This document shows positions 30,329 through 39,263 of a stretch of DNA of 64,000 nucleotides, piece after piece; position 1 is the first letter of the stretch; each line of letters starts with the position of its first letter. Location of the stretch: NCBI GenBank assembly GCA_965213675.1, contig OZ243916.1, positions 2,368,001 through 2,432,000 of the forward strand, given 5' to 3'. The stretch comes from an uncultured Candidatus Binatia bacterium. GTDB taxonomy: Bacteria; Desulfobacterota; Binatia; UBA9968; JAJDTQ01. The notes under the pieces are model-generated. The model was given only the letters and a program-made list of their open reading frames with translations, was not told the origin of the DNA and did no database searches. A program made the translations under genes and the position numbers.

Positions 30329-33300
30329 ATGAATCTCACCGCGCTTTGTCTTCGGCGTCCGGTGGCCACCTGCATGGCCGTCATGATCGTCATCATCCTC
30401 GGGGTGGTGTCCTTTCTCAAGATCCCGGTGGACCTCATGCCGGAGATCACCTTCCCCAGGGTCACCATCTCGACCAACTATGGCAACGTGGGACCGCTGG
30501 AGATGGAGACGCTGGTAACGGTGCCCGTGGAGAAGGCGGTGAGCTCCGTGGAAGGCGTGGAGGACATGAGCTCCGTGTCCGTCGAAGGCCGCAGCCAGGT
30601 CCGGGTGAGTTTCGGCTGGGACAAGGACCTGGAGGTGGCGGTGAGCGACGTGCGCGCGCGCATCGACCGCATCCGCGACGACCTGCCGCCGGGGGCGGAA
30701 GCCCCGGTGGTCTCGAAGTATGACGTCAATGCGTCGCCGATCATGTTCATCGGCGTGTCGGGACGCATGGACCCGGTGGCGCTCCGAACCTTCGTGGAGC
30801 AGGAGATTCGCTATCGCCTGGAACGGGTCGCCGGCGTGGCCGCGGCGGACATCCGCGGCGGATTGGAACGCGAAATCCACGTCCACCTGTCACTGGACCG
30901 GCTCAAGGCGTTCCAGCTCTCGGTGGATCAAGTGGTCCGGGCGTTGCGGGCGAGCAACATCAACCTGCCCGCCGGCAACCTCGGCCGCGCGCACCTGGAA
31001 GTATCGGTACGGACACTCGGCGAGTTCACCGACCTGGATCAATTGCGCAACACGGTGGTGGCCAACCGCGCGGGCACCCCCATCTACGTCAAGGACCTCG
31101 GGCAGGTGGAGGACTCCTTCAAGGACCTGGACCACACCGTGCGCATCGACGGCGCCCACGCCGTCGTGATCTCCCTGCGGCGTCAGCCTTCTGCCAACAC
31201 CATCGCGGTGGTGGACCGCGTCAAACAGGCCATCGAGGACATCAATCGGGAACTCCCCGCGGTTCGGGTCACCGTGCTGCGCGAGAATGCGCACTATATT
31301 CGCAACGCCGTGAACAACGTGACCCTGGCCGCGCTCTGGGGCGGCATGCTGGCCCTGGCCGTGCTGCTGTTCTTCCTGCGCAGCCTGCGCAGCACGGTGG
31401 TCATCGCCACCGCCATTCCCATCTCCATCGTTGCCACCTTCGCGCTGATGTATTTCCAGGGCTTCAGCATCAATATCATCTCGTTCGGCGGACTCGCCCT
31501 GGGCATCGGGCTTTTGCTGGACAATTCCGTGGTGGTGCTGGAGAACATCTTCCGGCACCACGAGAGCGGCGCCGACCGACGTGAGGCCGTGCTCAGGGGC
31601 ACCCGCGAGGTGGCGGGCGCCATCACCGCGTCCACGCTGACGACGGTGGTGGTGTTTCTGCCGCTGATCTTCGTACCCGGCTCCGCCGGCATCCTGTTCA
31701 AGCAACTTGCGTGGGTGGTGTTCTTCTCCCTCGCCGCCTCCCTGGCCGTGGCCCTCACCGTGGTTCCGGTGCTCGCGCACCATCTCCTGGGGCGGCCGGG
31801 CCATGCCGGGACCGGACGTTTCCTGTCGCGTCTCATGCGCGCGGGCTCAAGCTCCCAAACGGGGCTGGACAGCGCCTACCAGGGACTGTTGCGCTGGAGC
31901 CTGCGCCATCGCTTTACCGTGGTGACGGCCGCCGCGCTCCTGCTCGCCAGCAGCTTCTTCCTCTCCCAGGGCATCGACAGCGAGTTCATGCCCCGCGCCG
32001 ACGAAGGCAACGTGATCGTCATGGCCGAGACCGAGGCCGGGTCGAAGCTCGAGGAAACGGACCGCGCCTTCCAGCAAATCGAAGCCATCGTGCGCCAGGA
32101 GGTCACCGAGCCGCACAGGAACTTCACCCGCTTCGGCCAGTTCGGCTGGCGCGCCCGCGGCAAGAACAACGGGCGCGTATACGTGTGGCTGGGGCCCCGG
32201 GGAACCCGTGAGCGCTCCGATCAGGACATCGTCCAGGTCTTGCGCCGGCGGGTCGGCGAGGTACCCGGCGTGCGCGCCCGGGTGCGCGCCAGTTCCGGAC
32301 TGTGGATCTTCAGGCGCCTTGGGTTCAGCGACAGCGACAACCTGGACGTGAGCGTCCGCGGTCACGACCTGGGCCAGATCCAACGCGTGGCCCGCCAGGT
32401 GAAGGACGCCATGGAAGGGGTTGACGGGGTTGCGGGCGTGCGCATCAGCCGGCAGGCCGGTCAGCCCGAAATGGGAATCCACGTGGACCGGGAGCGGGCG
32501 GCGAGCCTGGGCATACCCGTGGAGACCATTGCCCGCGGCCTGCAAGCGAGCCTGGGCGGCGCCCGGGCGACCTTCTATCGCGAGGGCGGCAATGAATACA
32601 ACGTGCGCGTGCGCCTGAGCGGCGATGACCGCGCCGACCTGAGCGGCCTGCTGGATCAGAGCGTCTCCGACGGCTCGGGTCGGGTTCTGTCGCTCAAGAA
32701 CCTGGTCCGGCTGGAGGAACGCCGCGGACCGACGTCGATCCAGCGCCTCAACCAGGAACGCGTCGTGTCCATCTCGGGCGAGGTCGCGGGGCGTGACATG
32801 GCTGGCGCCGTAGCGGAGATTCAGACCGCGCTCGCACAAATCCCGCTGCCGCAAGGCATGGTCATCCACGTGGGCGGCGACTTCGAGGAGCAACAGAAGG
32901 CCTTTGGAGAACTGCGCATCGGCCTGCTCCTGGCCTTGATCATGGTCTACATGGTCATGGCGGGGCAGTTCGAGCGCTTGCTCGATCCACTGGTGATCAT
33001 GTTCGCGGTGCCGTTCGCCGCCATCGGCGTGCTCGCATCGCTTCACGTGACCGGCACGACCTTCAACGTCAATTCCTACATCGGCATCATCCTGCTGGTG
33101 GGCATCGTCGTGAACAACGCCATCGTGCTGGTGGATTACATCAACCTCAAGATGCGTGAGGAAGGCATGAGCGTGGTGGACGCCGTGGTCCTCGCCGGCC
33201 GCACCCGTCTCCGGCCGATCCTCATGACCACACTGACCACGGTGCTCGCGCTCGTGCCGCTGGCACTGGCGTGGGGCGAAGGCGGCGAGATTCAGGCGCC

Positions 33301-33463
33301 CATGGCGCGGGTGGTGATCGGCGGCCTGATCACCTCCATGCTGGTGACCCTGGTGCTGATTCCGGTGCTCTACGCCACGGTGCGGGAAAGGGTGTGGCGG
33401 AAGGCCCACGCCCGCGACCGAGCCCCAGCCGAACCCGGCGGCGCTGCAGCCGGACCGTTCTAG
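30329..33463 (+). CDS. RND efflux permease (AcrB/MdtC family)
   Basis: RRPVAT, LMPEI.FP, GLLLDNSVVVLENI, GIVVNNAIVLVD, RLRPILMTTLTT. Confidence 0.95.
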   Translation: MNLTALCLRRPVATCMAVMIVIILGVVSFLKIPVDLMPEITFPRVTISTNYGNVGPLEMETLVTVPVEKAVSSVEGVEDMSSVSVEGRSQVRVSFGWDKDLEVAVSDVRARIDRIRDDLPPGAEAPVVSKYDVNASPIMFIGVSGRMDPVALRTFVEQEIRYRLERVAGVAAADIRGGLEREIHVHLSLDRLKAFQLSVDQVVRALRASNINLPAGNLGRAHLEVSVRTLGEFTDLDQLRNTVVANRAGTPIYVKDLGQVEDSFKDLDHTVRIDGAHAVVISLRRQPSANTIAVVDRVKQAIEDINRELPAVRVTVLRENAHYIRNAVNNVTLAALWGGMLALAVLLFFLRSLRSTVVIATAIPISIVATFALMYFQGFSINIISFGGLALGIGLLLDNSVVVLENIFRHHESGADRREAVLRGTREVAGAITASTLTTVVVFLPLIFVPGSAGILFKQLAWVVFFSLAASLAVALTVVPVLAHHLLGRPGHAGTGRFLSRLMRAGSSSQTGLDSAYQGLLRWSLRHRFTVVTAAALLLASSFFLSQGIDSEFMPRADEGNVIVMAETEAGSKLEETDRAFQQIEAIVRQEVTEPHRNFTRFGQFGWRARGKNNGRVYVWLGPRGTRERSDQDIVQVLRRRVGEVPGVRARVRASSGLWIFRRLGFSDSDNLDVSVRGHDLGQIQRVARQVKDAMEGVDGVAGVRISRQAGQPEMGIHVDRERAASLGIPVETIARGLQASLGGARATFYREGGNEYNVRVRLSGDDRADLSGLLDQSVSDGSGRVLSLKNLVRLEERRGPTSIQRLNQERVVSISGEVAGRDMAGAVAEIQTALAQIPLPQGMVIHVGGDFEEQQKAFGELRIGLLLALIMVYMVMAGQFERLLDPLVIMFAVPFAAIGVLASLHVTGTTFNVNSYIGIILLVGIVVNNAIVLVDYINLKMREEGMSVVDAVVLAGRTRLRPILMTTLTTVLALVPLALAWGEGGEIQAPMARVVIGGLITSMLVTLVLIPVLYATVRERVWRKAHARDRAPAEPGGAAAGPF

Positions 33464-36400
33464 CCGATGGCCTTGGCTATAGAGTCCGGCTTCGACACAT
33501 CGATAACGCAGACGGAGATCTTGCGGCGCTCCTCGGGGGAGAGGTTCGCGACAGCAATGAGTTGGTTGCGCAGGGCGGAAGGGGTTTCGGGCGCAGGCCC
33601 GGTCGGCGGCCGCTTGCACCTGTCGCGCCCGAACCAGAACACCAGGTAGATGCCGTACCCGGCCGCTCCCGAATCCCGCGTGTACTTCTCGATCAACTGG
33701 CCGCGGATGGCTTTCCAAAGATCGTCGTGCGAGCTCTTCTTGATCTCGGCCGGTACGTTAAAGCCGTTGCACAAGACGCAAATGTCTGCTCGTTTATCGT
33801 CGGCGTAAGCTCCTTCGGGCTGGGCATAGACGCCTTTTGGCGCCAGTCTTTGTTTCAAATCGGACAGCAGCGCATCGCGGCAAGCGTCTTCGGGCTTCGG
33901 GTCTTGAGCCCTGTTGTATGAATCTACGTTCCAGTACTGTCGCCAGTCCGATGTGTTTCCGTCGCGAATCTCCCTTTCCAAGCTGCCCAGCACGTCCGCT
34001 GTCAAGGCCGCCAAGTCGGCTGCATTCGCCGGACGTTGGTTGGCAAGAGTCTCCAGCACCTGTCCGACCGACGGGGGGCTGAAGTAGGCTTCCCGGCGCA
34101 CGTCCCGCTGCCGGCTCAGTGCGTCCCGTAACTTGAGCTGCCAGGGACGTAGCGTGTCTTCGTTGGACAGGCGTTCGAGTGCGGCCGTGGCCTGGCGGTC
34201 CGGTCTCGAAGACAGTGCATTGATCAGTAGTGAGTCAACGATGACACCCGTGTAAGCCGAATCTTTCGCAGCAGTGTTCCCCGTCATCCCCGAACCGTTG
34301 CCCGGCCAACTCAAGGGGCGGTACGAATTGCCAAGGGATTCGATGAGCAGCTCCAATGCGGGGATGTCCAGAACGTCAAGGGACGGGACGTCAAGGGCGT
34401 ACAGGAACGCAGCGACGTGCCTCACCCGCCGTTCGCACCCCCGTCCGCCGAGTTCTTGTCGCAACCGATCAACGAAGAGCGCCGGTTTCAGAAGCAGGCC
34501 GGCGCATATCCAGTACATCTCCTGCGAGGCGTCCATGCTCTGGAGCTTGAGCTTGTTCTCCACGATCCGCAGCAAGGCGTTCTTGTCGGCATGACGGGAT
34601 GCGACGTGTAGCAGTGCCTTCAGCACGTGAAGTTGCTCCAGCTTCTGACGGGTGGGGAAGGATTTCAGTAACGGCACGACTACCATCTCGGCAACCGTTT
34701 GGTAGTCGTCGTCGTGCCCCAATGCATGAAGACCGAGACCCGACTTCGCGCCCCGCCGCAGGTCGGCGCGAACGGATCGGATCAGCACCTCGGCCACCAA
34801 GTCGGGGCGGGACCGCAACACGGACCGGTACCACTTCGGTTCCTGGTTCCAGAAATCCGGCGCCTTGAAACGAAAAGCCAAGGCCCGGCGCATGCCTTGC
34901 TCGTCGAGCGGCGCCTTGCCGGGTCGAAGTGAAGGGATCTCGTCCAGCCCCGCGAGAAACGGCAACATCAGGAAATGATGCTCTTGCTTGTCCGCGAGGC
35001 GAAATATCTCGGCCATTTCGGGCAGGTCTGCTCGTGCCGTCGAGGCCCGGAATGCATGGATTGTCAGATCCACCAAGTCGTCATTACCCAGCAGGTCTCG
35101 AAGGCGAGTTCGCCCATCGGCGCCTTGTACGTCAACGAACTGGCCGAGGTACGCGGATGCCAAACGGTGCAGCAGCGCCGGGGCTGCCCGGTTCTCTCGT
35201 ATCGCCGACTCGTGGTCCTCTACGAGGTCACGCCACTCCCGACGGCGTTGCCCTGCTTCGGCCTCGCGCCTCTGCTCCAATTCGCTCTGTTCGGACTCAA
35301 TGTCGGAAATCGAACGTCTGCGACTTTCTTGTAGCGCCTTGTACTTGGCGACCAGGCTTGGATCATGTGCCAGACGGTCTTCAACGACTTCGCAGAAAAT
35401 TCTCTCGCCGTCCTGCCGGGCGATGACGTTGTCCAGAAAGAACTCCGTGGCCGCCGCCGTGTTCCGCTCCGTCTCGAGAGCTTGGCTGAGACACCATGCG
35501 CCGAAGTCTGATGGCTCCACCGCCAAGAAAAGGCGCCTGCGCACTTCGTCGCCGAGTTGATGTGAGCCGGCAGAGTGGTCCGCGGCCACACGGACCAAGG
35601 CCTTGTAGGACGAGGAATGGTCGCTGAGCCATGCACGGATAGAGGCTCGGGCATCGTGGCTTGCCTCCTCGGCCGCGAGTCCAAGCCAAACAAACAAGCG
35701 TTCGTGGTCAACCGTGGACGAGATCTCAAGGTACGCGACGAGAAGTTTGCCCGGAATCGTACGTAGCCAGTAGGACGCGGGTGCGCCGTCGTGGGTCTCT
35801 CCCAACTCCTCAACGTTCTCGATCAGCGAATCCAGGACATCGGCAAGCTGGTGGGAGTCCGTGGATTGCTCGATGATGTCGTGGTTCCAGAAGGCAGCAT
35901 ACGACGCGAAGACGGCGCTCTTTCGTTCCCGCAAGAATCGGCCGACTTCGGCAGGCGGGAGCAGCTTCGGAAAGAGCCTTTTCAACAAGAGCCCGAGGAG
36001 ATTGTCCAGAGGATCGGGCACAACTCCCTCATAAACATCGGCCAGCAGGGCCTTCAGGTTCTCCTGTGCCTCATCGTCGTTGCGGGACTGCCACACAAAG
36101 GCTTCAAGCGCTGCATCTCTGACGGCGGGCCAACAACCGCCGTCCCTGACGACATCCAGCAGCATAGGGGCAAGGCCTGGAATGATAGCGCCGCGCTCAA
36201 GCGACCTGAGCACGGCTAGCGCTACCGTCTGTTTCCCCATGCTTCCTTCCGCGCCCGTAAGGATTTCCCGGAACGTCTCCGCCATGTCCGGCGTGGCAAG
36301 GTCCGCCCATCGAGAATCCAGATCATGCATTGCGCCAAACACCCGGGGGTCGCGTTCTGCGTCTTGCTCCAGGCAGCTTAGCAACAAGCGCTTGTCGGAG

Positions 36401-37530
36401 ACGGAGAAATCTCTCACGTCGCCGTACAGGACGGTGCCCAAAGGATCCCGCTCTATGATCTCACTGCGGGCTGTTCCGCAATGGGCGGCAAGCCAGGCGG
36501 CCAAGCCGCGAAATGCCGAAACAATTTGACCATCATCGCCGGTCAACAAGGCAAGCACCCGTCGTACCGGGAGACCATCATCGACAAGACGCGAAAGGTG
36601 CCGCCCCGCCAGAAACTCGGCGACGTGCCTGTGGACGGGTCTGGCCAATCCGTCGATGACGTCGAATAGCTTGGTGCGCAGCGCGGCCAGCATAGTCTTC
36701 TGGTCTGGTTCCGGAATGTCCCGCAAGTCGATGTAACTGGCGGAATCCTCGGCAGTCATGGGTTGACGAAAACCCGTCAGGCCGGTCAGCAGTTGCATGG
36801 CGCACAGACGGTCTGCCGTGCGAAGCAACTCTGAATCGGCTCCTTGGGGAACCGCCTGCAGGTGCTCTTGATTGAGTTCGCGGATCAGTTTTACGCACGC
36901 TGCTTCGAATGTCCCTTTTCGCGTTGCTGGCCAGTTGCCATCGCCGACCGCATCCGCCAGCAACCTCAGGGTTTCAGGGTTCGACAGCAGCCCTCCAAGC
37001 CCGCGGTCCCTCGCTTCGTCAATGAAGCCGTCGATATCTGCGACGCCTTTCCCACCCAATATCTCGCGGACGTCATCTTCTGACAGAGGATCCAGGCGCA
37101 GGACCATGACCACGCCGTCGCGGGATACCGACTCAAGGCGCGTCCGGTCTGGCGCTCCGAACCAGTCCGCTTCCCGACAAGAGAGCCGGAACCGGGGCCG
37201 TCCCAGTCCGTCGAGTTTCCCTCGGATCACGTCAAGCGGAGTTCGCCCGTCTGTCTGTCCAGCCCGCGCCTCGTCCAGGCCGTCGATGAACAGCGTCTGC
37301 AGGCCCGCCCAGCGCTTGCAGTCCAGGCTCGTGAGGTCGCGAACGTCGCAAAACTCTTGCTGTCCGGCCTCGTGCTTGAACGCTTCTGTCTTGCCTGCGC
37401 CAGGCGCTGCCAACAGTACGTAGGCGCTGCAACCGCGAAAATCGGAAAGTGGCCGGGACAGGGTTTGACCTGTGACGCCGTCCTGATCCGCAACTACCGT
37501 ACAGGTGCGGTCAACGTAGCTGTCCATCAC
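33460..37530 (-). CDS. NACHT/STAND-like NTPase with C-terminal PD-(D/E)xK-like nuclease domain
   Basis: VLLAAPGAGKT (Walker A), LFIDGLDE (Walker B), RLSCR, HRHVAEFLAG; C-terminal E..CRD...RADI...EIK. Confidence 0.72.
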   Translation of the reverse strand: MMDSYVDRTCTVVADQDGVTGQTLSRPLSDFRGCSAYVLLAAPGAGKTEAFKHEAGQQEFCDVRDLTSLDCKRWAGLQTLFIDGLDEARAGQTDGRTPLDVIRGKLDGLGRPRFRLSCREADWFGAPDRTRLESVSRDGVVMVLRLDPLSEDDVREILGGKGVADIDGFIDEARDRGLGGLLSNPETLRLLADAVGDGNWPATRKGTFEAACVKLIRELNQEHLQAVPQGADSELLRTADRLCAMQLLTGLTGFRQPMTAEDSASYIDLRDIPEPDQKTMLAALRTKLFDVIDGLARPVHRHVAEFLAGRHLSRLVDDGLPVRRVLALLTGDDGQIVSAFRGLAAWLAAHCGTARSEIIERDPLGTVLYGDVRDFSVSDKRLLLSCLEQDAERDPRVFGAMHDLDSRWADLATPDMAETFREILTGAEGSMGKQTVALAVLRSLERGAIIPGLAPMLLDVVRDGGCWPAVRDAALEAFVWQSRNDDEAQENLKALLADVYEGVVPDPLDNLLGLLLKRLFPKLLPPAEVGRFLRERKSAVFASYAAFWNHDIIEQSTDSHQLADVLDSLIENVEELGETHDGAPASYWLRTIPGKLLVAYLEISSTVDHERLFVWLGLAAEEASHDARASIRAWLSDHSSSYKALVRVAADHSAGSHQLGDEVRRRLFLAVEPSDFGAWCLSQALETERNTAAATEFFLDNVIARQDGERIFCEVVEDRLAHDPSLVAKYKALQESRRRSISDIESEQSELEQRREAEAGQRRREWRDLVEDHESAIRENRAAPALLHRLASAYLGQFVDVQGADGRTRLRDLLGNDDLVDLTIHAFRASTARADLPEMAEIFRLADKQEHHFLMLPFLAGLDEIPSLRPGKAPLDEQGMRRALAFRFKAPDFWNQEPKWYRSVLRSRPDLVAEVLIRSVRADLRRGAKSGLGLHALGHDDDYQTVAEMVVVPLLKSFPTRQKLEQLHVLKALLHVASRHADKNALLRIVENKLKLQSMDASQEMYWICAGLLLKPALFVDRLRQELGGRGCERRVRHVAAFLYALDVPSLDVLDIPALELLIESLGNSYRPLSWPGNGSGMTGNTAAKDSAYTGVIVDSLLINALSSRPDRQATAALERLSNEDTLRPWQLKLRDALSRQRDVRREAYFSPPSVGQVLETLANQRPANAADLAALTADVLGSLEREIRDGNTSDWRQYWNVDSYNRAQDPKPEDACRDALLSDLKQRLAPKGVYAQPEGAYADDKRADICVLCNGFNVPAEIKKSSHDDLWKAIRGQLIEKYTRDSGAAGYGIYLVFWFGRDRCKRPPTGPAPETPSALRNQLIAVANLSPEERRKISVCVIDVSKPDSIAKAIG

Positions 37531-38783
37531 GTCTTGAACCAGTCGTCTGCCGGAGTCGACAGGAACTCTTCCAACGGCACGCCGTCGCCGCCGACCACCT
37601 CGGCGTTCACTGGATGAAATTGCTCGCGGAAGCGTTGAAGCCCTCGGCGGTCAGCAGGCCCCTCACCACTCTTGACCTCGAACGCCACCAACCGCGGCCC
37701 TCTTTCAAGCACGAAGTCCACCTCGGAGCCGTTTCGCCGCCAGTACCAGAGGCGAGTCAGCGTGGTCGCGGTGTTCCACAGGTGGGCGCCGACGGCGCTC
37801 TCGACCAGATGTCCCCAGAACGTTCGGTCCGCACGGGCTTCTTCGAACGTGTAACGGGAGAGGGCTGACATCAGGGCGGTGTTGAGCACGTTGAGCTTCG
37901 GGCTGGAAGCCTTGTATCGATCGATTCCAGCACTGTAGTTTTGCAAGCCTGCGATGAGACCCGCCTTTTCCAGCAGGTCCAGATAGCGCGCCAGGGTTGT
38001 GGTGTTGCCTGCATCCTGAAGTTGACCCTGTATTTTCCTGTAGGACAGAATTTGCCCGGAGGATGTGGCACCGACCTCGAACAGCCGTTTCATCAACGCG
38101 GGCTTGTCCACTCGTTGCATAGCAAGGATGTCGCGCTCGATATTGGGCTCTATAAGTCCGCGCACAATATACTCGTGCCAGCGATCATGATCGTGCATGT
38201 ATTCCACCGCACCCGGATAGCCGCCGAAGTAGACATATTCATCCACGTCCAAGCCGAACGCCTCCGACATTTCGGTGAAGGACCAGTGCTTGAGTTGAAT
38301 GGACTCGAAGCGTCCATGCAAGCTCTCGGTCAGACCACGCTGCATCAACAGTGGCGCCGAGCCTGACAGGATTACATGCAAACGGCGTCGCTCGTAGCGG
38401 TCTGCATCCCAGAGGCCTTTTACGGCTTCCGACCAGTTCGGCACCTTCTGAATTTCGTCCAGCGCCAGCACATACCCTCGCTCCGACCGGTCGGCGTCCA
38501 GTCGGGCCTTTTCCCACAAGTCCACGAGCCATCTCGTGTCGGGTTCTCGTGGCACCGGGTTTGTGGCCGTCGTATCGAGCGCTGTTGCTGTGGTGGGCAA
38601 GTATCTCGATCCGGGCTCATCCACGCGTACGAGCAGAAGGGCGCGGTCGAGCTTTTCCTTGGCCTGTTCAATCACCGTGGTCTTGCCAGCTTGTCGTGGC
38701 CCGGCGATCAGGATCAACCGCCGCGGAGGCTCGTGCAAACGGCCGAGAAGAGTGTCAAGCTGGTGCCGTGCAAAGGATGCCAT
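37527..38783 (-). CDS. AAA_14 ATPase with DUF4143 domain
   Basis: GPRQAGKTT, LDEIQK, SGSA, ESLHGR, GGYP, ESAVG, WRRNGSEVDFV, FEVKSG. Confidence 0.9.
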   Translation of the reverse strand: MASFARHQLDTLLGRLHEPPRRLILIAGPRQAGKTTVIEQAKEKLDRALLLVRVDEPGSRYLPTTATALDTTATNPVPREPDTRWLVDLWEKARLDADRSERGYVLALDEIQKVPNWSEAVKGLWDADRYERRRLHVILSGSAPLLMQRGLTESLHGRFESIQLKHWSFTEMSEAFGLDVDEYVYFGGYPGAVEYMHDHDRWHEYIVRGLIEPNIERDILAMQRVDKPALMKRLFEVGATSSGQILSYRKIQGQLQDAGNTTTLARYLDLLEKAGLIAGLQNYSAGIDRYKASSPKLNVLNTALMSALSRYTFEEARADRTFWGHLVESAVGAHLWNTATTLTRLWYWRRNGSEVDFVLERGPRLVAFEVKSGEGPADRRGLQRFREQFHPVNAEVVGGDGVPLEEFLSTPADDWFKT

Positions 38784-38791
38784 TCTACAAT

Positions 38792-38827
38792 ACTATTCTA
38801 TTGAGCAAATTTGCTCAATAGAATAGT
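38792..38827. promoter_or_regulatory. Perfect 36-bp AT-rich palindrome directly upstream of the AAA ATPase start
   Basis: ACTATTCTATTGAGCAAA|TTTGCTCAATAGAATAGT. Confidence 0.75.
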
Positions 38828-39263
38828 CCGAGCCACTGGATTGTATGTTTGATCCTAGTTGAAACCGGGAACCGGCCGAAACGTACCGGTCGGCTGGGCC
38901 TGATGGTCTCGCCGGGTAGCGGCCGAGAACAACCGCTATGGCAGGAAACGTTAACAGAGCCCGAAATCACGCTCCATGCTCTTCGGTTCCAGATTGTATG
39001 GGCGGTGAGGCGGGTGTAACGGGACGCCGCGGCCGGCGGCGACGCGGTGGGCCGCAACACCCTGTAGCCACGGCTGGCGGCGCTGCGGCCGGCGGTTCCG
39101 TAGCGGTCGATACCGGCTTGCCGTCGTCGCGAGGATGCAAACACGCGCGTATTGAATTTCCACCGGACTCGGCGTAATGTACGCCAAACGCGACAGGCAA
39201 TGACCGGCAGAGGTATGGGCAGCGCGGGCCAGCGGGTCGGGCGACAGCTTCGGAGGCGATGCG

